From Macrostomum lignano (Eukaryota), in NCBI GenBank assembly GCA_002269645.1, contig NIVC01000630.1, positions 372,001-436,000 of the forward strand: a stretch of 64,000 bases of DNA. The letters run 5' to 3'. The position numbers and the translations under genes are program-made. Below are positions 33,969 to 47,150 of this stretch, piece by piece. The notes below the pieces were generated by a model. That model did no database searches. It had not been told where the DNA came from and saw nothing but the letters and a program-made list of their open reading frames with translations. Numbering within the stretch: position 1 is the first letter of the stretch; the number at the start of each line of letters is the position of its first letter.

Positions 33969-34153
33969 TCAAAGCCTGCCGCCTTGGCGCACCCCCAGCC
34001 GACGAAGCAGCTCATTGATGTTTGTGAGGCCACCGTTGCCGCCGCCTCTGGCTGCGTCAAGCGCTTTAGTCAGCGCGTCACGATCAATGCCCAGATCTAA
34101 TTCCGAATTGTAGCGCTCAATTACCTCTCTCACCTGAGATTCGCTTAGGAAGC
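33969..34153 (-). CDS. C1orf87: C1orf87-like EF-hand protein, last exon (10)
   Basis: GFLSESQVREVIERYNSELDLGIDRDALTKAL...* parallels the C1orf87 C-terminus (RRLIHNYNLIYNLSL..QKIDQAL). Acceptor ATCATCAG, phase 1. Confidence 0.75.
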
Positions 34154-34314
34154 CTGATGATAAATTTATTATTATGTTCTATATTAAATATAAATTTATT
34201 ATTATGTTAATGGCATGCTCCACTGTATGGCCGTTAGTAAAAAAGTTTAATAAAGGTCTTCGAAATATCTAAACGACTGTCTGAAACCTGACAATGCGAC
34301 CTGTGGCATCTAAT

Positions 34315-34695
34315 CTCATCTGTGACACCCAAATCTCGTCTGTGACACCCAAATCTCGTCTGTGACACCCAAATCTCGTCTGTGATACTCCAATCTCATC
34401 TGTGACACTCCAATCTCATTTCTGGCTCTCAAATCTCGTCTGTGACACCCAAATCTCCTTTGTAACACTCCGATCTCATCTGTGACCCCCAAGTCTCATT
34501 TGTGACACCCAAATCTAAGCTCTGGCTCTCAAATCTCATCTCTGGCACTTGAATCTCATTTGTGATACTCAATCTCAACTCTGGCGCTCAAATATCATCG
34601 GTGGCAGTAAATCTCATACTTGGCACTCAAATCTCATACTTGGCACTCAAATCTCATACTTGGCACTCAAATCTCATACTTGGTATTCAAGTCTC
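34315..34695. repeat. Degenerate 20-bp minisatellite (caaatctcatctgtgacacc) in an intron
   Basis: Direct periodicity. Confidence 0.85.
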
Positions 34696-34877
34696 ATAGT
34701 CTGATGCCTCGCTTCTGCAATAAAATCTATTCACTATAATCTCTTCCCAGCAATCAAATCACATCTCTGTCATCTAATTTGCATTTTCTTCCTCATCTCA
34801 TCTCAACCAGCTTACTTCTCCACACCACTGTCTCTAGTTTCGAACCCCTCCATGAGACCACGAAGAGTCGCCCTCAC

Positions 34878-35209
34878 CTCTAGCCTGGCTGTCCCTCCTG
34901 TACAGAGCATCTGCCAGCTTCATGAATCGATTGAACCAGGGCTCCGCCAGAGCCGCCTGACGCTGAGTCAGCATCGCCTGGTGCTGCGGCTGCTGCTGCT
35001 GGGGCGGCGGGCTCGGCGTTCGATAGAGCGGCTGCTGAGCTGATGAAGAAGCGGCCGGCAGCTGCAGAGTTTGTGCAGCCGCTTGCGGCTCTGCGTGCGG
35101 CCACGAAGCGTTCGGCTCTGGATAGTGCCTGCGGTGCAGATGCGCAGCGGGAGGGGTGCCTTGTAATGCGCGACAATGGCTACCCTGCGACTCTGTGCTA
35201 CTCTTCCTG
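34878..35209 (-). CDS. C1orf87: C1orf87-like protein, exon 9
   Basis: ...EPWFNRFMKLADALYRRDSQARG resembles WIDRFRKLENALYLCD. NAGNAG acceptor (35209 or 35206), donor G|GTGAGG. Confidence 0.78.
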
Positions 35210-35239
35210 CTGGAAAGTCACTCTCTTGTTTGATCGCAT

Positions 35240-36345
35240 TTCCCTTCTGTGTGACTACATTTTCCTTGTCACTCTGTCACTCTTCCTCTCTGTCACTCTC
35301 AGCCTCTCTGTCACTCTCAGCCTCTCTGTCACTCTCTGCCTCTCTGTCACTCTCTGCCTCTCTGTCACTCTCTGCCTCTCTGTCACTCTCTGCCTCTCTG
35401 TCACTCTCTGCCTCTCTGTCACTCTCTGCCTCTCTGTCACTCTCTGCCTCTCTGTCACTCTCTGCCTCTCTGTCACTCTCTGCCTCTCTGTCACTCTCTC
35501 CCTCTCTGTCACTCTCTGCCTCTCTGTCACTCTCTGCCTATCTGTCACTCTCTCCTGCCTCTCTGTCACTCTCTGCCTCTCTGTCACTCTCTGCATCTCT
35601 GTCACTCTCTACCTCTCTGTCACTCTCTCCCTCTCCGTCACTCTCTCCCTCTGTCACTCTCTCCCTCTGTCACTCTCTCCCTCTCTGTTACTCTCTCCCT
35701 CTCTGTCACTCTCTCCCTCTCTGTCACTCTCTCCCTCTCTGTCACTCTCTACTCCCTCTCTGTCACTCTCTCCCTCTCTGTCACTCTCTACTCCCTCTCT
35801 GTCACTCTCTCCCTTTCTGTCACTCTCTCCCTTTCTGTCACTCTCTCCTCTCTGTCACTCTCTCCCTCTCTGTTACTCTCTCCCTCTCTGTCACTCTCTG
35901 CCTCTCTGTCACTCTCTCCCTCTCTGTCACTCTCTCCCTCTCTGTCACTCTCTGCCTCTCTGCCACTCTTTCCCTCTCTGTCACTCTCTACTCCCTCTCT
36001 GTCACTCTCTGCCTCTCTGTCACTCTCTCCCTCTTTGTTACTCTCTCCCTCTCTGTCACTCTCTCCCTCTCTGTCACTCTCTCCCTCTCTGTCACTCTCT
36101 CCCTCTCTGTCACTCTCTCCCTCTCTGTCACTCTCTCCCTCTCTGTCACTCTCTCCTGCCTCTCTGTCACTCTCTCCATCTCTGTCACTCTCTACTCCCT
36201 CTCTGTCACTCTCTACTCCCTCACTGTCACTCTCTCCCTCTCCGTCACTCTCTCCCTCTCTGTCACTCTCTGTCACTCTGTCACTCTCTCCTGCCTCTGT
36301 GTCACTCTCTCCCTTTCTGTCACACTCTCCCTCTCTGTCACTCTC
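35240..36345. repeat. 18-bp CT-rich minisatellite (ctctctgtcactctctgc) filling an intron
   Basis: It explains the SVTLCL, CHSLPL and ERVTER ORFs. Confidence 0.96.
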
Positions 36346-36359
36346 ACTCCAACCCGCAC

Positions 36360-36821
36360 CTCGCATAGTCCAGCGGCCGTCGTGAATACGGCATTGCCAG
36401 ACCGGTGCTCTGCGTCGGGATCACCCGCTCCATAAAGCCGAGAAACTGCTCCCAATCGTACTGGCCGCCGCCCCGATGCCGGCACAGAGCCACCACGTGG
36501 TCGAGCGTCTGCTCGCTGATGGGCAGTCTGAAGTCCCATACCAGCCGTTTCAGCTGATCGCGACTCAGTGTGCCCCTGAGCAGTCGGTCGGCTCGTTGAA
36601 ATGCCAGCCTTAGAGACTCGAAGTTGATCGGCGGCTGGTCCCGACGCTCCGGTGAGGCGACGATGCCGGCAACTTCAGCTTCGAGCTGGCGGAGCACCCG
36701 GGGCAGGTCGCGGTCCGGTGACAGCTGCGTCGGGGACTGCGGCGGTGTCAGACGCGACTGTCGCTGCTGCTGCTGCTGCTGCTGAGGAGTCTGAGGCGCA
36801 GCCGGCTGGTTAAAGACTTGT
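36360..36821 (-). CDS. C1orf87: C1orf87-like protein, exon 8 (EF-hand pair)
   Basis: INFESLRLAFQRADRLLRGTLSRDQLKRL...YDWEQFLGFME. Acceptor ATTGCAG, donor AG|GTGCGG, phases 2/2. Confidence 0.85.
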
Positions 36822-36911
36822 CTGCAATTTTCATAGTGTTCTACGGCTCGTAGTTTAAACTTAGTCTCTATAGGCAGCGCAACAAGCAGGATATATGAAA
36901 ATTGAACTCAC

Positions 36912-37001
36912 TGCAGCTGATCATCTTGATGGTAATACCCGCTGCCACCATTCAGCTGCTGCTGCTGCTGCTGCTGAGCTTGGTAGTAAGATGCTTCGCT
37001 A
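36912..37001 (-). CDS. C1orf87: C1orf87-like protein, exon 7 (polyQ linker)
   Basis: 90 nt, acceptor TTTAACAG, donor CA|GTGAGT, phases 2/2. Confidence 0.78.
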
Positions 37002-37092
37002 CTGTTAAATAAGATGTTTATCCTACTGTAAGTAGAAATATAAACATTTTCTATGAATAAAAAACCGTAAAAACCAATTCTTAAAATCTCAC

Positions 37093-37223
37093 AGGCTGTT
37101 GCTTCCAAGGTGCAGACTTGCGCCAATGAACGACAGCACCTTCTCGTAGTTGACCTTGGGCGGCTCGTACGGGCTGATGAACACGGAGGCGACCAGCCGA
37201 GCCAGCGGATCGGCCAGAAAAAT
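37093..37223 (-). CDS. C1orf87: C1orf87-like protein, exon 6
   Basis: IFLADPLARLVASVFISPYEPPKVNYEKVLSFI resembles C1orf87 PEMVNYEKLLWFL. Acceptor CACACAG, donor CT|GTGAGA. Confidence 0.83.
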
Positions 37224-37404
37224 CTGTGTGAATTGTATGTTTTATGTTTTGTTTACTTAAACTACTCACTTTTTCTCTTTGTAAGTAGTTTTATCAGACA
37301 CTATCAGGTTTATTTGAATATCGTCAGAAAAAATGCCACTAATGCCAAAGCTACTACAGAGTTCTTATTTAGTGAGTAGCTCTATCAATCAAATTAAATT
37401 ACAG

Positions 37405-37599
37405 GTGTCTCAGGACCTAAATCAAATTACAGGTGTGTCAAGACCTAAATCAAATTACCGGTGTGTCAAGACCTAAATCAAATTACAGGTGTGTCGGGAC
37501 CTAAATCAAATTACAGGTGTGTCGGGACCTAAATTAAAGCACAGGTGTGTATATCAGGACCTTAAAAGTACAAGCAATGTGTGAGGCCTTTTAAATCAC

Positions 37600-37645
<46 letters not shown>
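37405..37645. repeat. 28-bp minisatellite (~5 copies) followed by (TG)n
   Basis: acctaaatcaaattacaggtgtgtc units; TG run at 37601..37645. Confidence 0.9.
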
Positions 37646-37650
<5 letters not shown>

Positions 37651-40363
37651 TGCACGAGGCATTTATTGAGACAAGCGTGTATAAAGTGACCCGTGCTATT
37701 AGGACCAAAAAAGTGTTGGGCCAGGCCCAACAAGTGCGTCCCAACACACCAAAAAATGAAAGCCTTAGAAATGAAAAAATATTCATTGGAACCGTCTTTC
37801 AATTCTCTTTTCAAAAATCAAGGTCATTTTTTCATATTTTAAATCAAACACGAGCTATGTAATGATTTGTAGTGTCCCAAGAGGGTAAAAAATTATGCGA
37901 AAATTTTCTTTTGACCCAACATAACTATTGGGTCACAATAGGAATTCACGCTCTTTTACAACGTTTCTTACAATTATAGTGGAAGTTCTAGTAAAAATAA
38001 CAAAGTATGTACACCACAGAGCTGCTAATCGACGCTCTAAGGATCCAATGGTATTTGACAGCGTATTTTCTGAATTTCGGATATAAAAAATAATTCTATA
38101 AAGATTCAAAATCCTATTTTCATATATGAAATGTGTTAGCAAGACAAAGAAAAACTTTGCTTTCCCCCAACAAGTATCGTTGATTTTATTATATAGTAGT
38201 TAAAGTACGTTATTCCACGTTACTAAAAGAAAGCGTGTTCTCTAAGGCCTGAGTTTGTGGTTAGCTATACGCTCGTATTGCGAGCATATTTGCAAAATAT
38301 TCCATAGAGTCATTATTTGGTATAGTGATTTGACGTACTGAGAAACAATGAGACTTAGATCACTGCATGGACTGCTAGCTCATTTTAGCCTGTCACTGTA
38401 AGGTCAAAGGCGATTTGTTGGCCATAAACTAACTAGCGCACGAGTACTCTTAACAGAACCAGATTGTCGCGTTAGTCTATTACCCTCCAACATAGTATCT
38501 TAGACCACTTAAAGTTGTACAGCCCTCTCTGGAAAACAGTTCTTTCTCATTCGATCGTAAAGATAAAACCCGTGTGCAAATATTCAGAGGTATATGTACA
38601 GAACAAGCGTGTACAAGACCCAAGAAATTCCTTCCCCCCGGGCCAATTGTGTACATTCCTATCCAGGCGGAGGGGAAGCGCGCGGAGGAGAGGCGGGCGC
38701 AAGGGGGGTGGAGTTTCACCTTAACACTGAGGCGGAGGCCTACGGAGGAGGTAGAGCTAAGATTGGAGCCTACGAGAGGCATACAAAGGGGTCGTACTAT
38801 AAAGCTGTCGTAGCATAAGTTTGATCGTACGTCGGAACTTCTACACTGCGGACATAGGAGCTAAGAACGATCTTATCTTACAATGGCTTTATAGAACGGG
38901 CCCGAAATCTTAATAGAATGGTAGAAGTTCGCTTTGGCAAACAGCATCCTGCATATGGTAAAAGAATGTAGTTCATTTACGAGGCCTGCCCTACACAGGC
39001 GAAATGTGCCCAAGGCACAAGAGTTCCATGACCTCTTTCCATGGAAACTTGGCTATACGATACGAGCGTAGGAACCATTACAAATATGTAAGTTGAATTT
39101 AAAGATCCTTTTTAGGATTCATAAACTTAACTTAACTAAACTTAACTAATCAAGCTTAAAATGTATTTTTACAATTCCAGATATATGTACATGTAAATTT
39201 GCTCAGCCATAGTTTTCTTCTATCAAGCGAATTGCCTTTATTGTCAAGTAAGTCATATTATATGTGGATATTTTTGTGCATGGTAAACATTTAGAAGCAG
39301 CCCACTACGAGAAGCAAAATAGTTGTTTATTGAATGAAATTGACATCGGTTTCGCAAGTAGCATTTTGGGCACATCCAAATCGCTGCAGCGCCACAGCCA
39401 TGCGCGGAGCCAAAAACAATACTTATTGAGCGCTTGGCCAATTTTAAATTATTCTATTCGGACTATGGGCCGTATGCAGAAAGCTTAGTCCAGACTAGCT
39501 AGTCCGGACTTGGGTAGTTCAGTCTATAGTCTATGGTCTAGCTACCCTAGTTCTGCTTTAGTAGACCGGTCTAACTTTGCGTTTCTGCATACCAAATCCA
39601 AGTCCAGACTAGTTTTTCAAGACCGGACTACCCTAGACAGAGCTTTCTGCATACGGTACAATATGAAAAATGAATGTTCTAGACCGCGAAGAGCTTATTG
39701 CAAAGACAAACAGAGTAAAGCCAGCAGCAAAAATGCTCTCTATGGAAGATTTGGTTGGGAAGATGGCAAAAAAAAGAATCTCAGAAACTTGCACATCCCA
39801 TAACTGGAACTGAATCGGAATGTGTTATGCTTTCTAGGGGCTTATTGGAACAAACAAGTCTGCAGACAGCTAGAGTGAGAGAGTGAATTTGTGCAGGGCT
39901 ATTGGGACAGTGAGATGTAAAGTTCATCTGAATGACTAAATAGACGGCACTGTTGGGACCAACTATACGCTCACATTTTAGTTACACACCATAATTTCAT
40001 TTGCAATGAAGCATTTATTAGGACATCGACATAGATTTCTGTTTTCCTTTTTCCTTTGTACGCACAGGTTCAGCCGCTAAGTGGCATGCCTAAAAGAGAA
40101 GACCTAGATCAACAATTAACAGCGAGCATTCCGATATCGCGGACGCATTAGCCACATCTTGTTTACTAGCTGCTCAGGAGCAGCAACAGACACTTTTCAT
40201 GCAGACAGGCTGCAGCCAGTCTATTGATGATTTGTCTTGTGGAGCTAAAGACAACTCGTCCGGCAAAGGATTAAAGAGAAAGAGGCGATCTGTTCTGGGT
40301 GAGCATTATCTGCTGTGGAAGTAACCAGAGTATTTGTGTTGCCCGGTAGAGCACAATTCGAAA

Positions 40364-41893
40364 TCAATGTAACAATCTCAGAGGCATTGTTGGGACACAA
40401 TCTACGCCTAGCAGACACAGCCTAGCCTAGCTCAAGTGTGGTAATTTGCGGGGGCATTTATTGGGACATCATTGCAGCTTGGCACTTTAAAATCAATGTA
40501 ACAATCTCAGAGGCATTGTTGGGACACAATCTACGCCTAGCAAACACAGCCTAGCCTAGCTCAAGTGTGGTAATTTGCGGGGGCATTTATTGGGACATCA
40601 TTGCAGCTTGGCACTTTAAAATCAATGTAGCAATCTCAGAGGCATTGTTGGGACACAATCTACGCCTAGCAAACACAGCCTAGCCTAGCTCAAGTGTGGT
40701 AATTTGCGGGGGCATTTATTGGGACATCATTGCAGCTTGGCACTTTAAAATCAATGTAGCAATCTCAGAGGCATTGTTGGGACACAATCTACGCCTAGCA
40801 AACACAGCCTAGCCTAGCTCAAGTGTGGTAATTTGCGGGGGCATTTATTGGGACATAATTGCAGCTTGGCACTTTAAAATCAATGTAGCAATCTCAGAGG
40901 CATTGTTGGGACACAATCTACGCCTAGCAAACACAGCCTAGCCTAGCTCAAGTGTGGTAATTTACGGGGCATTTATTGGGACATCATTGCAGCTGGGCAC
41001 TTTAAAATCAATGTAGCAATCTCAGAGGCATTGTTGGGACACAATCTACGCCTAGCAAACACAGCCTAGCCTAGCTCAAGTGTGGTAATTTACGGGGCAT
41101 TTATTGGGACATCATTGCAGCTGGGCACTTTAAAATCAATGTAGCAATCTCAGAGGCATTGTTGGGACACAATCTACGCCTAGCAAACACAGCCTAGCCT
41201 AGCTCAAGTGTGGTAATTTACGGGGCATTTATTGGGACATCATTGCAGCTGGGCACTTTAAAATCAATGTAGCAATCTCAGAGGCATTGTTGGGACACAA
41301 TCTACGCCTAGCAAACACAGCCTAGCCTAGCTCAAGTGTGGTAATTTACGGGGCATTTATTGGGACATCATTGCAGCTGGGCACTTTAAAATCAATGTAG
41401 CAATCTCAGAGGCATTGTTGGGACACAATCTACGCCTAGCAAACACAGCCTAGCCTAGCTCAAGTGTGGTAATTTACGGGGCATTTATTGGGACATCATT
41501 GCAGCTGGGCACTTTAAAATCAATGTAGCAATCTCAGAGGCATTGTTGGGACACAATCTACGCCTAGCAAACACAGCCTAGCCTAGCTCAAGTGTGGTAA
41601 TTTGCGGGGCATTTATTGGGACATCATTGCAGCTGGGCACTTTAAAATCAATGTAGCAATCTCAGAGGCATTGTTGGGACACAATCTACGCCTAGCAAAC
41701 ACAGCCTAGCCTAGCTCAAGTGTGGTAATTTGCGGGGCATTTATTGGGACATCATTGCAGCTGGGCACTTTAAAATCAATGTAGCAATCTCAGAGGCATT
41801 GTTGGGACACAATCTACGCCTAGCAAACACAGCCTAGCCTAGCTCAAGTGTGGTAATTTACGGGGCATTTATTGGGACATCATTGCAGCTGGG
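40364..41893. repeat. 128/129-bp satellite array 1 (~12 copies)
   Basis: Unit aaatcaatgtagcaatctcagaggc...gcagctgggcacttta; period checked at 41041/41169. Confidence 0.97.
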
Positions 41894-42370
41894 CTTATTT
41901 TTCAGCCTATTTTATGTCGCACTTATTGGGACAGTACTGATTCTAGTCGCGACTCCTTCTGACTTTTTGAAACAGACCCAGCATTAGTTGAACACATTCT
42001 ATTAAAGAGTTCTCGATTAGACCATTAATTATTACTAAAGCAAACCTATCTTAATTTCTTTTCTTCGCAGCTTCTAAAGTCAGCAACGCTAGCGACATGC
42101 CTAAAAGAGAAGACCTACATCAACAATTAACAGCGAGCATTCCGATATCGCGGACGCATTAGCCACATCTTGTTTACTAGCTGCTCAGGAGCAGCAACAG
42201 ACACTTTTCATGCAGACAGGCTGCAGCCAGTCTATTGATGATTTGTCTTGTGGAGCTAAAGACAACTCGTCCGGCAAAGGATTAAAGAGAAAGAGGCGAT
42301 CTGTTCTGGGTGAGCATTATCTGCTGTGGAAGTAACCAGAGTATTTGTGTTGCCCGGTAGAGCACAATTC

Positions 42371-45300
42371 GAAATCAATGTAACAATCTCAGAGGCATTG
42401 TTGGGACACAAACTACGCCTAGCAAACACAGCCCAGCCTAGCTCAAGTGTGGTAATTTGCGGGGGCATTTATTGGGACATCATTGCAGCTGGGCACTTTA
42501 AAATCAATGTAGCAATCTCAGAGGCATTGTTGGGACACAATCTACGCCTAGCAGACACAGCCTAGCCTAGCTCAAGTGTGGTAATTTGCGGGGGCATTTA
42601 TTGGGACATCATTGCAGCTTGGCACTTTAAAATCAATGTAGCAATCTCAGAGGCATTGTTGGGACACAAACTACGCCTAGCAAACACAGCCCAGCCTAGC
42701 TCAAGTGTGGTAATTTGCGGGGGCATTTATTGGGACATCATTGCAGCTTGGCACTTTAAAATCAATGTAGCAATCTCAGAGGCATTGTTGGGACACAATC
42801 TACGCCTAGCAAACACAGCCTAGCCTAGCTCAAGTGTGGTAATTTGCGGGGGCATTTATTGGGACATCATTGCAGCTGGGCACTTTAAAATCAATGTAGC
42901 AATCTCAGAGGCATTGTTGGGACACAATCTACGCCTAGCAAACACAGCCTAGCCTAGCTCAAGTGTGGTAATTTACGGGGGCATTTATTGGGACATAATT
43001 GCAGCTTGGCACTTTAAAATCAATGTAGCAATCTCAGAGGCATTGTTGGGACACAATCTACGCCTAGCAAACACAGCCTAGCCTAGCTCAAGTGTGGTAA
43101 TTTACGGGGCATTTATTGGGACATCATTGCAGCTGGGCACTTTAAAATCAATGTAGCAATCTCAGAGGCATTGTTGGGACACAATCTACGCCTAGCAAAC
43201 ACAGCCTAGCCTAGCTCAAGTGTGGTAATTTACGGGGCATTTATTGGGACATCATTGCAGCTGGGCACTTTAAAATCAATGTAGCAATCTCAGAGGCATT
43301 GTTGGGACACAATCTACGCCTAGCAAACACAGCCTAGCCTAGCTCAAGTGTGGTAATTTACGGGGCATTTATTGGGACATCATTGCAGCTGGGCACTTTA
43401 AAATCAATGTAGCAATCTCAGAGGCATTGTTGGGACACAATCTACGCCTAGCAAACACAGCCTAGCCTAGCTCAAGTGTGGTAATTTACGGGGGCATTTA
43501 TTGGGACATAATTGCAGCTTGGCACTTTAAAATCAATGTAGCAATCTCAGAGGCATTGTTGGGACACAATCTACGCCTAGCAAACACAGCCTAGCCTAGC
43601 TCAAGTGTGGTAATTTACGGGGCATTTATTGGGACATCATTGCAGCTGGGCACTTTAAAATCAATGTAGCAATCTCAGAGGCATTGTTGGGACACAATCT
43701 ACGCCTAGCAAACACAGCCTAGCCTAGCTCAAGTGTGGTAATTTACGGGGCATTTATTGGGACATCATTGCAGCTGGGCACTTTAAAATCAATGTAGCAA
43801 TCTCAGAGGCATTGTTGGGACACAATCTACGCCTAGCAAACACAGCCTAGCCTAGCTCAAGTGTGGTAATTTACGGGGCATTTATTGGGACATCATTGCA
43901 GCTGGGCACTTTAAAATCAATGTAGCAATCTCAGAGGCATTGTTGGGACACAATCTACGCCTAGCAAACACAGCCTAGCTCAAGTGTGGTAATTTACGGG
44001 GCATTTATTGGGACATCATTGCAGCTTGGCACTTTAAAATCAATGTAGCAATCTCAGAGGCATTGTTGGGACACAATCTACGCCTAGCAAACACAGCCTA
44101 GCCTAGCTCAAGTGTGGTAATTTACGGGGCATTTATTGGGACATCATTGCAGCTGGGCACTTTAAAATCAATGTAGCAATCTCAGAGGCATTGTTGGGAC
44201 ACAATCTACGCCTAGCAAACACAGCCTAGCCTAGCTCAAGTGTGGTAATTTACGGGGCATTTATTGGGACATCATTGCAGCTGGGCACTTTAAAATCAAT
44301 GTAGCAATCTCAGAGGCATTGTTGGGACACAATCTACGCCTAGCAAACACAGCCTAGCCTAGCTCAAGTGTGGTAATTTGCGGGGGCATTTATTGGGACA
44401 TCATTGCAGCTTGGCACTTTAAAATCAATGTAGCAATCTCAGAGGCATTGTTGGGACACAATCTACGCCTAGCAAACACAGCCTAGCCTAGCTCAAGTGT
44501 GGTAATTTACGGGGCATTTATTGGGACATCATTGCAGCTGGGCACTTTAAAATCAATGTAGCAATCTCAGAGGCATTGTTGGGACACAATCTACGCCTAG
44601 CAAACACAGCCTAGCCTAGCTCAAGTGTGGTAATTTACGGGGCATTTATTGGGACATCATTGCAGCTGGGCACTTTAAAATCAATGTAGCAATCTCAGAG
44701 GCATTGTTGGGACACAATCTACGCCTAGCAAACACAGCCTAGCCTAGCTCAAGTGTGGTAATTTACGGGGCATTTATTGGGACATCATTGCAGCTGGGCA
44801 CTTTAAAATCAATGTAGCAATCTCAGAGGCATTGTTGGGACACAATCTACGCCTAGCAAACACAGCCTAGCCTAGCTCAAGTGTGGTAATTTACGGGGCA
44901 TTTATTGGGACATCATTGCAGCTGGGCACTTTAAAATCAATGTAGCAATCTCAGAGGCATTGTTGGGACACAATCTACGCCTAGCAAACACAGCCTAGCC
45001 TAGCTCAAGTGTGGTAATTTACGGGGCATTTATTGGGACATCATTGCAGCTGGGCACTTTAAAATCAATGTAGCAATCTCAGAGGCATTGTTGGGACACA
45101 ATCTACGCCTAGCAAACACAGCCTAGCCTAGCTCAAGTGTGGTAATTTACGGGGCATTTATTGGGACATCATTGCAGCTGGGCACTTTAAAATCAATGTA
45201 GCAATCTCAGAGGCATTGTTGGGACACAATCTACGCCTAGCAAACACAGCCTAGCCTAGCTCAAGTGTGGTAATTTACGGGGCATTTATTGGGACATCAT

Positions 45301-45438
45301 TGCAGCTGGGCACTTTAAAATCAATGTAGCAATCTCAGAGGCATTGTTGGGACACAATCTACGCCTAGCAAACACAGCCTAGCCTAGCTCAAGTGTGGTA
45401 ATTTACGGGGCATTTATTGGGACATCATTGCAGCTGGG
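42371..45438. repeat. 128/129-bp satellite array 2 (~24 copies)
   Basis: Same unit as array 1, and highly homogeneous. Confidence 0.97.
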
Positions 45439-46017
45439 CTTATTTTTCAGCCTATTTTATGTCGCACTTATTGGGACAGTACTGATTCTAGTCGCGACTC
45501 CTTCTGACTTTTTGAAACAGACCCAGCATTAGTTGAACACATTCTATTAAAGAGTTCTCGATTAGACCATTAATTATTACTAAAGCAAACCTATCTTAAT
45601 TTCTTTTCTTCGCAGCTTCTAAAGTCAGCAACGCTAGCGACATGCCTAAAAGAGAAGACCTACATCAACAATTAACAGCGAGCATTCCGATATCGCGGAC
45701 GCATTAGCCACATCTTGTTTACTAGCTGCTCAGGAGCAGCAACAGACACTTCCCACGCAGGCAGGCTGCAGCCAGTCCTTTGATTCGTCCTGTGGAGCTG
45801 GTTTTTTAAAGTTTCAGAATCGTGAAGTCAGTTAACTGCTGTGTGCCTCAACAATGTGTTACTCAGTGGACGCAATTTTTTTGCAACCTGTCTCTAATTT
45901 GAACCTGTGCAATGAACTCTGTAGAGCTCTAGAGTGTGGTTTCTACACAGTAGTGATTTAAATAGCATGTGTGGAGAGTTCAAACTTCGCTTGATGAATA
46001 TGGTGTTAGTGTAATTT

Positions 46018-46160
46018 TTGGGACAGCCCTATCCACACTGGCTATGATGGAATTGTTGGGACAGCCCTATCCACACTGGCTATGATGGAATTGTTGGGAC
46101 AGCCCTATCCACACTGGCTATGATGGAATTGTTGGGACAGCCCTATCCACACTGGCTATG
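46018..46160. repeat. 38-bp tandem repeat (~3.5 copies) sharing the TTGGGACA motif with the 128-bp satellite
   Basis: ggacagccctatccacactggctatgatggaattgttg. Confidence 0.9.
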
Positions 46161-46811
46161 ATGGAATTGTTGGGACAGCCGCACTCTTGTGTTATAGTGT
46201 GATTCTTTCCATTCCTATTAGGTTAGTATTTAGCGGGTCCAAATAGCTGACACGGATTTCATGTGCCGAATCTTTTTGAGTAATTTTAGATGTTACTGTC
46301 ATAATAAAAAAGTACATGTTCATGAACAGTGGAGTTTCGCTACAGAATTATTTTTGTGGTGGTGGCACTAAAACTGGCTACAATAATTCGTGTCAGAAAA
46401 AATCTATTTGAGATGTGTCAATGTCTTTCGGTTTTTGATAACCTGAATATCCTTAACGTTTACCCTGCTCTCTTCTATATTCTATGATTGCTGATATTAT
46501 CTGCTGAATAAATTTGAAGCGCTGATAATATTGCGTCAAGTAGCATTCAGCAGGACAACAATTAGTTTTTTTACCCTTTTACACAAATTAGACAATACAG
46601 CTCGTAAATGTACAGTCTGTTGTGAGTTTAATACGCCTCGAAAAAAATGCGCTCAAACTGCTTTCAGTAAGTCGAAAGCATTATCAATTAAAATCTATTT
46701 TAGGGTTGCAATTGCCTGTGTTGGGACGTGTGTGTATGTGATTTTTCGTGTGTCGCGGCAGTCCCCATATTTGCCCACTTTTGCACACGTGGCCAATAAG
46801 TGCCCCGTGCA

Positions 46812-46815
<4 letters not shown>

Positions 46816-46864
<49 letters not shown>

Positions 46865-47083
46865 CGGGGATGGCACACAGTATTGTATCATGGGCAAAAC
46901 TGCATTGGCCACAAGGTCTAAAAAATTTAATAAGCAACAATAAAGTTCTTCATTCATCTATAAGCCTAAATATCTATTCATTACTCTCCAGCGGGTTTTG
47001 CTTTAAGCGCAACTTATATATCAGCCACTTGTGAGATTCCCTCAAGTAGCATGCAGCCAGTTATGCTTTTACAATCTCTACGG

Positions 47084-47146
<63 letters not shown>
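46816..47146. repeat. (TG)n at 46816..46862 and (GA)n at ~47090..47146
   Basis: Direct. Confidence 0.95.

Positions 47147-47150
<4 letters not shown>

Noticed and set aside
38480-39803. Short ORFs in the GC-richer patch of the 10-kb intron
   Set aside because: They overlap on both strands with no recognisable motif or consistent splice signals. They are probably part of an unclassified repeat.
40364-45438. Regular arrays as CRISPR loci
   Set aside because: The units are head-to-tail with no unique spacers, there are no cas genes, and the context is eukaryotic and intronic.
40364-45438. 128-bp unit as a repeated coding exon or a 43-aa repeat protein
   Set aside because: Most units carry an in-frame TAG, and the 128-bp variant shifts the frame. 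The apparent GTAATT...TTGCAG intron would be only ~37 nt.
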